64,000 nucleotides of DNA from Deltaproteobacteria bacterium (GTDB lineage: Bacteria > Myxococcota > Kuafuiibacteriia > Kuafuiibacteriales > Kuafuiibacteriaceae). The DNA is taken from assembly GCA_040218735.1 (NCBI GenBank), contig JAVJQW010000015.1, positions 91,779 through 155,778 of the forward strand, in the 5' to 3' direction. Below, piece after piece: positions 35,723-45,537 of this stretch; positions within the stretch are counted from its first letter, which is position 1; each line of letters begins with the position of its first letter. The translations under genes were made by a program, and so were the position numbers. A model generated the notes under the pieces. The model searched no databases and had not been told where the DNA came from. It was given only the letters and a program-made list of their open reading frames with translations.

Positions 35723-36207
35723 AGCACTCCCTCAGCCTGGCTCTGCTGTGCGTCGCCTGCGGCGGCCCCGAGTTCGACGCGCTGACCCGCGCCGACACCA
35801 ACGACGCGATCGTCTTCACCTGTCCCTCCGGGGAGGTCGTGTCGTTCCCGATCGTGCGGGAGACCGGGATGCCGCAGACCATCCCCGACCTCGCCGAATC
35901 CGAGGGGTGCCTCGGCGTGGGCGCCATGTGTCCGGACGGCACGCCCTCACCGGGCGACGCGATGTGCGACGACGCGAACGTGAATCGCTTCCGCGGCACC
36001 TGCGTGGAGAGCTTCTTCTCCTGTTATCAGCCGTCCGGGACTTGCACGGACGTCGACACCAACGGCTCGCAGTCTTGGTCGAGCGGCGACCGCTTCGCGC
36101 TCGACATCGGCGGTCAGTTCATCCCGGCGGGTGCTGATACTTCGTGCATCCTCGTCGAATATGACTTCGGCAACGGTGAGTCGCGCATCTACCTTCGTGA
36201 GCGATGA
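35719..36207 (+). CDS. Cys-rich lipoprotein
   Basis: LLCVAC lipobox; overlaps with both neighbours. Confidence 0.7.
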   Translation: MKHSLSLALLCVACGGPEFDALTRADTNDAIVFTCPSGEVVSFPIVRETGMPQTIPDLAESEGCLGVGAMCPDGTPSPGDAMCDDANVNRFRGTCVESFFSCYQPSGTCTDVDTNGSQSWSSGDRFALDIGGQFIPAGADTSCILVEYDFGNGESRIYLRER

Positions 36208-36863
36208 GTGAAATGAAGCTCCAGGGCGTGACGGTCACGTCGCGCGTCGAAGGGCTCGCCGCGGGGATCGTCGTGGCGCGTGACGTCACGGTCGCGCCGT
36301 CGTCGGAAACGCTGAACGCCGAGATCGCCGAAGCCGTCGCCGCCGCGCCGGAAGATCCGGGGCCGCTGAAGAATCAAGTGCGCGACCTGCTCCGCTTCGG
36401 GAAATACAAACCCACCGGCCGAGGCAAGCCGGCGAGTGAGTATCTGTTGAAGGCGGCGAAGGAAGAACGCTTCCCCGCGATCAACAATCTCGTCGATATC
36501 AACAACCTCGTCTCGCTGAGTACGTTGCTACCCATCTCGTTGATCGACGTAGACCGCGCCGAGGACGACGCCTTCGTCCTTCGCCGCGGGCACGCCGGGG
36601 AGTCGTTCATCTTCAACGCCGGTGGCCAGACGATCGACCTGTCCGATCTCCTCCTCGTCGCGCGCGCCAAGGACGACCTCGCGTTTGCCAACCCGGTGAA
36701 GGACTCCCTGCGGACGAAGCTCCAAGACGACGCGTCCGCCGTGATGGCCGTGATCTACGCGCCGACGACGCTCGCCGATCGCGCGCGCGCCGCAACGGAG
36801 CTGTTCGTTCGGCTCCTCGAACGCGAGGGCGCGACCGTCGAGGCTGGCGTGATCTCGACCTGA
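36204..36863 (+). CDS. B3/B4 domain protein (PheRS beta-subunit editing-domain-like)
   Basis: GKYKPTGRGKPASEYL and INNLVDINNLVSL motifs. Confidence 0.88.
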   Translation: MSEMKLQGVTVTSRVEGLAAGIVVARDVTVAPSSETLNAEIAEAVAAAPEDPGPLKNQVRDLLRFGKYKPTGRGKPASEYLLKAAKEERFPAINNLVDINNLVSLSTLLPISLIDVDRAEDDAFVLRRGHAGESFIFNAGGQTIDLSDLLLVARAKDDLAFANPVKDSLRTKLQDDASAVMAVIYAPTTLADRARAATELFVRLLEREGATVEAGVIST

Positions 36864-36885
36864 CCCCCGTGGCACAATCGTCCGT

Positions 36886-37908
36886 GTGCTGCGCTGGATC
36901 CCGCTCCTCCTCGTCGCCGCACCGGGCGTCGCCGCCGCCTACCCGATCCCCCCGCAGACGCTCTGGGCGCTGACCACGAAGGCTGACCTCGTCGCGGTGG
37001 CGGAGACGAAGAACGTCGAGGTCGGCGACGAACACGGCTTCGCGACGCTGAAGATCCTCGAGACCTGGCGCGGGCCCAGAACCAAAGAGGTCCGCGTTCG
37101 CTACCGCGCCCAGGTCATCTGCCCCGCGCCCCCTCGCTTCGTCCCGAACGAGATGGTGCTCGTGTTCCTCGAGCGCGACGGCGATGACTTCGAAGTCGTC
37201 GGCCTCAGCTACGGGACGCTCTACCCGCACTTCGATGAGCTCGCGGCGTACGAGGCCGCGGTGCGCTCCGTGCGCGACGAGGCCTCACTCGTAGAACGCC
37301 GAAAGTGGCTCGTCGAACGCGCCGCGCGCCGCGCCACACGATGGCACGGGGTCTACGAGCTGACCGATCACGACCGACGGCGCTGGTACCCGCCGAGGCG
37401 GTTGGCGGCGCAGCCGTCAGCCGTCCGAAGGCACGTGCCCGCGGCCCGAGCGCAGCGAGGTCCGCAGATGGGGTATCATGGCGCGGAGCGCGAGCGCATC
37501 GTGCTGACGGACGCCGACCGGCAGACACTCGCGCATGGCCTCGTGCGCGAACCCTCCGCGGACGACGCGCTCTTCGCCGCGCTCACGTTGCTCGATGACT
37601 TCGTGGACCCGCGCCTCGACCGCGTCGCCGTCGCGGCGCTCGACGAGCTCGCGCGCGAACCGCCACCGTACGACTTCGCCGAGTATCTGGAGATCGTGCT
37701 GAAGCGCCTCGGGCACTTCGTCGAGTTGCCGGCGGAGGAGGAGCGTGAGATCGAGGACCCGCTCCTCGACGCCCCCGACGAACGACAGCGCTGGGCGCTC
37801 GCCTACTGGCAGAAGCTGAGACCGACGCTCGACATCGACACCGCAGACGTCGAGCTCGATACGCGCCTGCCCCGCGTGCTCGGTACCGGTTCCGATACGC
37901 CGCCCTGA
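36886..37908 (+). CDS. Secreted hypothetical protein
   Basis: Signal peptide; ADLVAVA...LVFL OB-fold-like N-terminus. Confidence 0.65.
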   Translation: MLRWIPLLLVAAPGVAAAYPIPPQTLWALTTKADLVAVAETKNVEVGDEHGFATLKILETWRGPRTKEVRVRYRAQVICPAPPRFVPNEMVLVFLERDGDDFEVVGLSYGTLYPHFDELAAYEAAVRSVRDEASLVERRKWLVERAARRATRWHGVYELTDHDRRRWYPPRRLAAQPSAVRRHVPAARAQRGPQMGYHGAERERIVLTDADRQTLAHGLVREPSADDALFAALTLLDDFVDPRLDRVAVAALDELAREPPPYDFAEYLEIVLKRLGHFVELPAEEEREIEDPLLDAPDERQRWALAYWQKLRPTLDIDTADVELDTRLPRVLGTGSDTPP

Positions 37909-37924
37909 TAGTAGGCTGTCGCCC

Positions 37925-39484
37925 GTGTCGAAGCCCGCCTACTTCGTGGCGCCGTGGGATCTCAACACGGCGTTGCCGTGTGTGCCCGACGATCCCGGGG
38001 CGGGGTCGGTTGTGTTCGTGGAGTCCGTCGCGAAGGGGCGGGCGATGCCGTACCACAAGAAGAAGCTCGTGCTCGTCTTGTCGGCGATGCACCACTTCGC
38101 GCAGCGCCTCGAGGCGGAGGGCTACGACGTCGAGGTCTTGAACGCGCCGACGTACGTCGAAGGCATCGAGAAACACGTCGCCGAGCGTGGCTCGAGCAAG
38201 GTCGTCGCGATGGAGCCGCGCGAGTGGGGCCTCGCGCGGGCGTTCGACCGAGCCGAGGCCGACGGTACGTTCGGCGTCCCGCTCGAGCGCCACGACGACG
38301 GCGGGGAGGGGAGCCACTTCTTCCTCGCGCGCGAAGAGTTCGCGGCGTGGGCGGAGGGCAAGAAGCAGCTCCGCATGGCGGACTTCTATCGCGTGATGCG
38401 CAAACGCACCGGCTACCTGATGGACGCGAAGGGCAAGCCGGTCGGAGGGAAGTGGTCGCTCGACGCCGAGAACCGAAACCACGCGAAGGGGGTTCAGCCG
38501 CCGAAGGCGCCGAGCTTCGAACCCGACGCGCTCACCGTTACGGTCATGAAACGCGTCGAGGGATGGAAGTTCCGCTTCGGTGACGTCGATGGGTTCGACT
38601 GGCCGGTGACCCGCGAGGATGCGCTCGCGCAGATCGATGACTTCTTCGGCGCGCGTGCGGGTGACTTCGGTCGGTACCAGGACGCGATGCTCGTCGGCGA
38701 ACCCTTCATGTGGCACAGCCTCGTGTCCCCCGCGATCAACCTCGGGCTGATCTCCCCGCGCGAGGTTTGTGATCGCATCGTCGCGGCCTACGACGCGGGC
38801 CGGATGCCGCTCGCGAGCGCGGAGGGGCTGCTGCGGCAGATCCTCGGGTGGCGTGAGTTCATCCGCGGCGTCTACTGGCTGCAGATGCCGGGGCTCCGCA
38901 CCGACAACCTCCTCGGCGCGAAGCGCAAGCTCCCGGATTTCTTCTGGGAGCCGGAGAAGACGGAGCTACGGTGCCTCGCGGAGAGCATCGGCCAGGTGAA
39001 GCAGTGGGGCTACGGGCACCACATCCAGCGCCTGATGGTGCAGGGGAACTTTGCGATGCTCGCGGGGATCGATCCGCTGGAGATCTCGCACTGGTTCTGG
39101 GCGGCGTTCGTGGACGCCTACGAGTGGGTCGAGCTCCCCAACGTGCACGGCATGGCGGTCTACGCAAACGACGCGTTCACGACGAAGCCGTACGCGGCGT
39201 CGGGCAGCTACATCAACAAGATGAGCGACTACTGCAAAGGCTGTCGCTACGACGTCAAACAACGCATCGGCGACGACGCATGCCCGTTCAACGCGCTGTT
39301 CTGGCACTTCCTGGACCGGCACCGCGAGCGCTTCGAGGCGAACCACCGGCTGCGGGTCCTGTACGGCAACTGGGACAAGACCTCCGCCGCCGACCAACGC
39401 GCGATCCTCGACACCGCCGACCGGTTCCTCGACGGGCTCACGCCGCCCGCCGAACCGTGGACGTTCGACGACGACGCCGGCTGA
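37925..39484 (+). CDS. Cryptochrome/photolyase family protein, FeS-BCP (bacterial 6-4 photolyase) type
   Basis: HKKKLVL..SAM.HFA, GGKWSLDAENR, FGRYQDAM, HHIQRLM, DAYEWVELPN, SDYCKGC/ACPF Fe-S cysteines. Confidence 0.93.
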   Translation: MSKPAYFVAPWDLNTALPCVPDDPGAGSVVFVESVAKGRAMPYHKKKLVLVLSAMHHFAQRLEAEGYDVEVLNAPTYVEGIEKHVAERGSSKVVAMEPREWGLARAFDRAEADGTFGVPLERHDDGGEGSHFFLAREEFAAWAEGKKQLRMADFYRVMRKRTGYLMDAKGKPVGGKWSLDAENRNHAKGVQPPKAPSFEPDALTVTVMKRVEGWKFRFGDVDGFDWPVTREDALAQIDDFFGARAGDFGRYQDAMLVGEPFMWHSLVSPAINLGLISPREVCDRIVAAYDAGRMPLASAEGLLRQILGWREFIRGVYWLQMPGLRTDNLLGAKRKLPDFFWEPEKTELRCLAESIGQVKQWGYGHHIQRLMVQGNFAMLAGIDPLEISHWFWAAFVDAYEWVELPNVHGMAVYANDAFTTKPYAASGSYINKMSDYCKGCRYDVKQRIGDDACPFNALFWHFLDRHRERFEANHRLRVLYGNWDKTSAADQRAILDTADRFLDGLTPPAEPWTFDDDAG

Positions 39485-39554
39485 CGTTTCAACCGCGCGA
39501 CAACGTTTTGGAACGCCCCGCGTGCCGAGGGCTGCGGTCGGGCGTCGTTCTCGT

Positions 39555-39570
39555 CGGCACGCCTGATGCA
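39555..39570 (+). promoter_or_regulatory. Sigma-54-type promoter
   Basis: CGGCACGCCTGATGCA = GG-N10-GC, about 33 bp before ATG 39603. Confidence 0.55.
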
Positions 39571-39602
39571 CTCTCATCGGGCACGACGAAGGGAGTCGAA
39601 CC

Positions 39603-40490
39603 ATGACCATCAAGACGTTCTTCCACGCACCTACTTACACGCTGACGTACGTCGTCTACGACGAAGCGACGAAGGACGCGGTCATCATCGACCCGGTCCT
39701 CGACTACGACCTGCTCGCCTCCCAGACGAGCACCGAGGCGGTGGAGGAGGTCATCGCGTTCGTGGAGTCGAACGGCCTGAAGCTCCACTACGTGCTCGAG
39801 ACCCACGCCCACGCCGACCATCTGTCGGGCGCGCCGATCTTGGCGAAGAAGTTCGAGGTGCCGGTGGTGATCGGTGAGGACATCCGCGTCGTCCAGGAGA
39901 CGTTCAAGGGCATCTTCGATCTGCCGGAGGACTTCGCGACGGACGGCAGCCAGTTCGGCAAGCTCATCGCGGACGGTGAGAAGATCGCGGCGGGCTCGGT
40001 CGAGGTCGAAGCCATCGCGACGCCGGGTCACACGCCGGCCTGCATGACGTACAAGATCGGCGACGCCATCTTCACGGGCGACGCGCTGTTCATTGAGGAC
40101 TACGGCACCGGCCGCTGCGACTTCCCGCGCGGGAGCGCCGAAGACCTCTACGACTCGGTGCACGGACGGCTCTACGCGCTGCCGGATTCGACGCGTGTCT
40201 TCGTGGGGCACGACTACCAGCCGAACGGACGTGACCTACGCTGCGAGACGACCATCGGGGCGGAGAAGAAACACAACATCCAGCTGAAGGCGGAGACCAC
40301 GAAGGAGGCGTACGTGAAGTTCCGGACGGAGCGCGACGCGAAGCTCAACCCGCCGCGGCTCATCTACCAGAGCGTGCAGATCAACGTGAACGCGGGGCAC
40401 CTCCCGGCGAAGCGCGACAACGGGCACCGGTACCTCAACATCCCGATCAACCTCTTCGGACCCACCGACGACATCGGCCGGCCGGCGTAG
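39603..40490 (+). CDS. MBL-fold persulfide dioxygenase (ETHE1/Blh-like)
   Basis: [39 protein letters not shown] motifs. Confidence 0.9.
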   Translation: MTIKTFFHAPTYTLTYVVYDEATKDAVIIDPVLDYDLLASQTSTEAVEEVIAFVESNGLKLHYVLETHAHADHLSGAPILAKKFEVPVVIGEDIRVVQETFKGIFDLPEDFATDGSQFGKLIADGEKIAAGSVEVEAIATPGHTPACMTYKIGDAIFTGDALFIEDYGTGRCDFPRGSAEDLYDSVHGRLYALPDSTRVFVGHDYQPNGRDLRCETTIGAEKKHNIQLKAETTKEAYVKFRTERDAKLNPPRLIYQSVQINVNAGHLPAKRDNGHRYLNIPINLFGPTDDIGRPA

Positions 40491-40541
40491 CCGAAGGGCG
40501 TTACTTCAGGGACGCGCGGGCGTCGTCCAGGGACATGGGCA

Positions 40542-41462
40542 TCAGTAGCCGCGTCGCGGGTCGAAGTTGCTCGCGCGCGCGAGCTCTTCGAACAGCTCGC
40601 GCTCCTTGGCGCTCAGGTTCTTCGGGACCACGATCTTCACGGTGATGTAGAAGTCACCGGGCGTGCCCTGGCGCCCCGGCTTCAGCGGGAGCCCCTGTCC
40701 TCGGAGGCGGAGCTTCTGCCCGGAGGACGTGCCCTCCGGGATGCGGAGCTTCACGCTGCCGCCGGGTGTGGCGACGTCGACGGTGCCGCCGAGCGCGGCT
40801 TCCCACGGGGTGATGTCGACGTGGGTCGAGACGTCACGCCCGTCGACTTCGAACTGCTCGTGTTTTTCGAGCTGCAGGACGACGGTGACGTCCGGGTCCT
40901 TGAGCTTGAGGCGGTCGCCGTCCTTCGCGCCCTGCGGGATCTTCAGCTTGATCTTGCGGGTCTCGGTGCGGCCGTCCTCCAGCGGGAGGTCGAGGACCAT
41001 GTTGAGCGTCGTGCCCTTGTAGGCGTGCTCGAGCGAGATGTTGAGCTGGACCTCGCGCTCGCGCCTCCGCTTCTTCTGTTCACGGCGCAGGAAGAAGTCG
41101 AACGGGTTCTTGAGGTCGTCGTTCTCGACGCGGATGTCGTCGAAGTTGATGTCGTTGAACCCGAAGTCCCGCGCCGTGTACTTGCGGCGCGGCTGGCCCC
41201 GCGACTGCGAGCGCGGCGGCGGGTCGGGGCGGCGGGAGCCGGAGATCCCGTACTTGTCGTACCGGGCGCGCTGTTTTTCGTCCTTGAGGATCGCGTAGGC
41301 CGCCGCGAGCTGCTTGAACTGGTCCTCGGCGTCCGGGTGTTTGTTCACGTCCGGATGCAGCTCCCGAGCCTTCTTCTTGTACGCGGCCTGGATCTCGGCC
41401 TGCGTGGCCCGGCTCGGGACCCCGAGGATCTTGTACAGGTTCTCTTCTTCGAGCGCAGCCAT
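40542..41462 (-). CDS. Class B J-domain protein (DnaJ/CbpA-like)
   Basis: J domain with HPD; ITPWEAALGG and GQKLRLRGQG C-terminal domain; no zinc finger. Confidence 0.92.
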   Translation of the reverse strand: MAALEEENLYKILGVPSRATQAEIQAAYKKKARELHPDVNKHPDAEDQFKQLAAAYAILKDEKQRARYDKYGISGSRRPDPPPRSQSRGQPRRKYTARDFGFNDINFDDIRVENDDLKNPFDFFLRREQKKRRREREVQLNISLEHAYKGTTLNMVLDLPLEDGRTETRKIKLKIPQGAKDGDRLKLKDPDVTVVLQLEKHEQFEVDGRDVSTHVDITPWEAALGGTVDVATPGGSVKLRIPEGTSSGQKLRLRGQGLPLKPGRQGTPGDFYITVKIVVPKNLSAKERELFEELARASNFDPRRGY

Positions 41463-41541
41463 CCGCCTACGGCCCCCGTACCCATAGGCGCCAAACGGCC
41501 GTTTGACAACGCCCTCGGCCGGTATGGAACATCCGGGCCCC

Positions 41542-42990
41542 ATGCGGAAGCCCCACGCGCCCGTGTCCCACGAAGTCCTGGTCGAGGAGGCCCGGTTCAT
41601 CCTGCGCACCCTGCAGCGCGACGATCTGTTCGGAGACCGCGTCCGGCTGACCGAAGCGGAGCGGGTGCTGTCCTCCTCCATCTCGCTGCCGTTCAAGGAC
41701 TACTGCGACTTCCTGAACAAGTTCGGGTACGTCCGCGAGGACCGGCTCAACCACACCGTCGAGGTGACGGAGGGCGGCAACCTCGTCGCCCAGGACCTCG
41801 ACGACGCCGAGTTCCACGCGCGCCTGTCGCGGCACTTCGCCCGGGAGCTGTCCGGGAGCTCGGCCCGTCCGCTGCCGCGCGGTGACAACGGGTCGGCCGT
41901 CGAGCCGGCGCCGTCGTTGGTGCCGGGGGGCCGCACCCGTCCTTCGATCGTGCGCGAGGCGCCGGCCGCGATGGACGACGTCCTCGATCGTCGCTACCGC
42001 CGCGGCGATCCGATCGGCAGCGGGACGATCGGCACCGTCTTCTCCGGGCAGCACGTGAGCCTCGGGCGGAAGATGGCGATCAAGGAGGCGCGGTCGATCT
42101 TCCAGTTCGCAAGTTACCTGCGCCGCGACGAGATCGTGCGGCGCCTGCGCTCGACCGTCGAGACACACGCCTCGCTCGTCCACCCGAACATCATCCAAGT
42201 CATCGACCAGAACCCCGAGCGCGAGTTCCCGTATTTCGTCATGGAGCTCGCCGAGGGCGGGAACCTGCGGCAGCGCCTCGAAGTGTCGGACGACGGGCGG
42301 CTCGAGCTGTCCGCGGCGATCCGCATCCTGCTGCAGCTGTCCTATGCGCTCGACTACGCGCACCAGCAGGGGGTCTTCCACGTGGGGCTCAAGCCGGAGA
42401 ACGTGCTGTTCGACGCGCTCGGCAACGTGAAGCTGTCGGACTTCGCGATGGCGCGCATCACGGATCGCGACGACGCCGACGGTCAGACGCCGGTGCTCGT
42501 GAGCGGCAGCGCGGTCGGTTACTCCGCGCCGGAGCGGCTGCAGCCGGGCGCGTCGCAGGAGCCGACGGCGTCGGCGGACATCTACGCGCTGGGGATGCTC
42601 TTCTACGAGATGATCACCGGCAAGCTGCCGGGGCGCCGCTCGCCGTTGCCGTCGCAGGCGCGCAAGGAGGTGCCGAGCGCGTTCGACGACGTCTTCGACA
42701 AGATGACGCGCGACGAGCTCGACGAACGTTACACGGCGATCGAGCAGGTGCTCGAAGGGGTCTACAAGGCGTTCCCGACCAAGGAGGTCTTCTCGCAAGG
42801 GACCATCCTGCAGTGGGCCAAGGACCCGAATCCGCTCCCCGCGCCGCCCGCGCCCGTCGAGCCGCCCAAGATGGAGGCCGACGCGAGTGACCTCGTGACC
42901 GGCGAGATCGAGGTCGCGGAGGCGGAGAAGATCCGCACCACGGTCGCCGCGCCCGCGAAGAAGAAGCGGCCGCCGCCCCCGCCCAAATAG
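41542..42990 (+). CDS. Hanks-type Ser/Thr kinase-like protein (probable pseudokinase)
   Basis: IGSGTIGTV, AIKE, HVGLKPEN (HRD to HVG), DFA (DFG to DFA), YSAPE, DIYALG. Confidence 0.85.
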   Translation: MRKPHAPVSHEVLVEEARFILRTLQRDDLFGDRVRLTEAERVLSSSISLPFKDYCDFLNKFGYVREDRLNHTVEVTEGGNLVAQDLDDAEFHARLSRHFARELSGSSARPLPRGDNGSAVEPAPSLVPGGRTRPSIVREAPAAMDDVLDRRYRRGDPIGSGTIGTVFSGQHVSLGRKMAIKEARSIFQFASYLRRDEIVRRLRSTVETHASLVHPNIIQVIDQNPEREFPYFVMELAEGGNLRQRLEVSDDGRLELSAAIRILLQLSYALDYAHQQGVFHVGLKPENVLFDALGNVKLSDFAMARITDRDDADGQTPVLVSGSAVGYSAPERLQPGASQEPTASADIYALGMLFYEMITGKLPGRRSPLPSQARKEVPSAFDDVFDKMTRDELDERYTAIEQVLEGVYKAFPTKEVFSQGTILQWAKDPNPLPAPPAPVEPPKMEADASDLVTGEIEVAEAEKIRTTVAAPAKKKRPPPPPK

Positions 42991-42995
42991 CCGGC

Positions 42996-44141
42996 TCAGA
43001 GCTCGAACAATCCGGTGCGGTAGCCGAGGCCGAGGAAGAGGAGCTGCCGCAGATACGACGCGTCGTTCGTGCTGAACTGCTGCACGTAGAGCGCGTAGCG
43101 CAGATCGATCGCGACGCTCTCCGAGAGCGCGTAGCGCAACGCGAGCGAGAGGTTGTTGCGGTTCTCGTCGTCCTCCGCCTGCTGCAGCGTGTCGGTGATC
43201 GCCGTCTGGTTGTTGAACTGGAGCACCGCGAGGATCGTGGCGGTGAGGTCGTCGACGATCTCGAACGTCGTGTCGACCGTGATGCGGTGACGGTCGGTGT
43301 TCTCGTAGTCGGAGGTGGAGCGCTGCGCGCGCAGGCGGTAGGCCGCGCCGACCTGGAAGGTGCTGACCCAGCGGGCGCCGAAGGAGACGTCGATCTCGGT
43401 GTCGCGGCGAACCTCGGGGACGCAGCTGTACCCCGCGGCCGGTGAGTTCCTCCCGTCACAGAACGAGGGGAACGGCGGGATGTCGCCGATCGTCGTCGGC
43501 GTGAGGCCGTTCCGATCGTAGTTGCGCCAGTGGTGGTTTGCGTTCGCGAACAGCACGAGCCGCGACAGCGGCGTGAACTGCAGGTCGAGCCCCGCCGAGG
43601 GCCCGCGGTAGTCGAAGTGATCGTCGAAGAGGAACCGGTATCCGGTGAAGGTCCCGCTCGCGCCGACGAACAGGTTGTCGAGCACTTCCAGCCGCACGAA
43701 CGCGTTGCCGCTCCCGATGTTGTAGTCGCGGAGCCCGCTGCGAATGCGGCTGAGCCGGAAGCTCCCCGCCACGCCGAACGTCAGCGGCGCGATGCGCCAC
43801 GCGCCCTGCCCGAAGAACTGGTGCGTGAAGAAGTCCTGCCCCCGCTCGCGGGTGAACCGCTTCGCGCCGAGTTGGTAGCCGAGGTACGCCGAGAGCCCGC
43901 GCGAGGAGACGATGCGCCCGGAGACGTCCGCCGTGACGCGCGCGAGTCCGTCGCCGACCTCGACGAGCTCGCCGAACTCGTTGATGGGCATCTCGCCCTC
44001 ACGCACGGCGCGCTGCGCGTTGGTGTCCCACTCGGCGCCGCTCGTGAAGCGCGCGCTGACCGTGCTCTTGGCGTTCGAGGTCGTCGCGGTCGACGCCTGC
44101 GTCACCACCGCGAGCAGGACGATCGGGAGCGCGCCGGGCAT
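42996..44141 (-). CDS. Putative outer-membrane beta-barrel protein
   Basis: Signal peptide; alternating aromatic/hydrophobic strands; LFLGLGYR near the C-terminus. Confidence 0.7.
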   Translation of the reverse strand: MPGALPIVLLAVVTQASTATTSNAKSTVSARFTSGAEWDTNAQRAVREGEMPINEFGELVEVGDGLARVTADVSGRIVSSRGLSAYLGYQLGAKRFTRERGQDFFTHQFFGQGAWRIAPLTFGVAGSFRLSRIRSGLRDYNIGSGNAFVRLEVLDNLFVGASGTFTGYRFLFDDHFDYRGPSAGLDLQFTPLSRLVLFANANHHWRNYDRNGLTPTTIGDIPPFPSFCDGRNSPAAGYSCVPEVRRDTEIDVSFGARWVSTFQVGAAYRLRAQRSTSDYENTDRHRITVDTTFEIVDDLTATILAVLQFNNQTAITDTLQQAEDDENRNNLSLALRYALSESVAIDLRYALYVQQFSTNDASYLRQLLFLGLGYRTGLFEL

Positions 44142-44153
44142 GCGGCCCCGAGC

Positions 44154-45395
44154 CTACTTCATGCCGCGCGCGCTCGCCTCGTCCGCTTCCAGCGCGCGGG
44201 CGCGTTTGCGGAGGCGCTCGGCCTGCGCCGCGAGGTGACGGTCGAGGGCTTCGAGCTCGGAGAGCAGACGCTGGAGCGTCTCGGGCGCGAGGTTCGCGCT
44301 GCCGAGCTCCTCGGTGCGCAGCTCGATGAGCGCCTGCGCGTCCATCCCGCGGACGATGGTCGGGGCCGTCGTGCCGCCCGAAGCCGCCGGCGGGGGCGCC
44401 GCGGCGGGGACACCCGTCGTGGGTCCGACCTTCACGCCGTCCAGCTGCGGCGTCGCGGTCGGCTCGGCGAACCCGGTCGTGTCGTCACCCGCGGTGAGCG
44501 TCGGCGAGTTCGGCGGGGGCGTGCCCTGGAACGATTCGCTGCCTCCCTCGGTGGGCGGGGCGTCGGTGCCGCCCTGGCGCGTGGGCGCGGGGGAGTTCAC
44601 CGCCTCGGACGCGTCCTGCGCGGCGAGGACGTTGGTTGTCCCGCGCGTGACGCGGACCGAGCGCGACTCCTCGTCGAACAGCGCGAGGTCGGCGCGGAAC
44701 TCACTGGCGGCGCGTCGAATGCTGCGCTCGCGCCGCGCGTCGGCGAGCATCTCGCGGATCGCGGAGCGCTTCTTCTCGAACTTGTCGCGCGCGTCCTCGA
44801 CGAAGTCGGCCTTGTCGGCGAGCTCGCCGGGGCCGTCGAGCGGGTCGATCTGCACGTCGACGTAGCGCGCCCACTTCGCGGCGTTGTCCGCGGCGGGCGT
44901 GTGGGCTTGTGCGTCGAGCTGCTTGCGCAAGGCGAGGAGCGCCTTGATGCGGCGCGCCGCTTTCTTGCGCGACTTCACCGGGCCCGACTTCATCTTCGGG
45001 ACGTTGCGCTTCACCGCGGCGTCGATCTGTTGCGTCGCCTGGCGCACCCAGCCCGCGAGATCCTTTTGCTTCGTCTCGACGACGCGCTGCCGCGCGGCGA
45101 GTGTGCGCTCGGCTTCGACGGACTCGGAGAGGAGTCGCTCGAGCTCGGCGGTGTTGGAGAGTTTGTCGTTCGCCTCGAGCCGCTTCAGCGCGTTGATGCG
45201 GTGGGCGAGGGTGGCCTGCTGATCGCGGAGGCTCGCGACGTCGCGCTCGGCGCGGGCGAGGGCGTCGCGCTTGGTCTGAGTGGTCGTCTTCAGGGTCGGG
45301 ATCGAGAGCGGCGCGGCGGCCTGGGCGGCCGGCGCGAACAGGACCGCGGCGGCCAACAGGCCCGCCAGTCCTAGGTTTTTCAGCCCTCGCGACAT
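44154..45395 (-). CDS. Secreted/periplasmic coiled-coil protein
   Basis: Signal peptide ending AQA; long heptad-like helices; Pro/Thr linker. Confidence 0.75.
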   Translation of the reverse strand: MSRGLKNLGLAGLLAAAVLFAPAAQAAAPLSIPTLKTTTQTKRDALARAERDVASLRDQQATLAHRINALKRLEANDKLSNTAELERLLSESVEAERTLAARQRVVETKQKDLAGWVRQATQQIDAAVKRNVPKMKSGPVKSRKKAARRIKALLALRKQLDAQAHTPAADNAAKWARYVDVQIDPLDGPGELADKADFVEDARDKFEKKRSAIREMLADARRERSIRRAASEFRADLALFDEESRSVRVTRGTTNVLAAQDASEAVNSPAPTRQGGTDAPPTEGGSESFQGTPPPNSPTLTAGDDTTGFAEPTATPQLDGVKVGPTTGVPAAAPPPAASGGTTAPTIVRGMDAQALIELRTEELGSANLAPETLQRLLSELEALDRHLAAQAERLRKRARALEADEASARGMK

Positions 45396-45411
45396 CGCTG
45401 GTGCCTAGCGT

Positions 45412-45427
45412 AGCAAAGCCCGTACCC
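45412..45427 (-). promoter_or_regulatory. Sigma-54 promoter for the coiled-coil/barrel operon
   Basis: Minus strand GGGTACGGGCTTTGCT = GG-N10-GC with TTGC. Confidence 0.6.
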
Positions 45428-45457
45428 GCCCGCGTGGGGCGAGATCGGGGCGCGGCG

Positions 45458-45473
45458 CGTCAGACTTCTGACG
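45458..45473. promoter_or_regulatory. Palindrome CGTCAGA-CT-TCTGACG, candidate activator site
   Basis: Perfect 7-bp arms about 30 bp upstream of the -24 box. Confidence 0.45.
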
Positions 45474-45537
45474 AGGATCCGCCAGACCGACACGACAGAT
45501 TCACGCCCGGGGAAATCCGAGGGTCCGAACCCGGCCC

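Noticed and set aside
43530-45374. Long antisense ORFs (also 9716..11665, 21615..23270, 55933..57636, 57748..59661)
   Set aside because: They are high-GC shadow frames opposite well-supported genes, Arg/Gly/Val-rich and without motifs.
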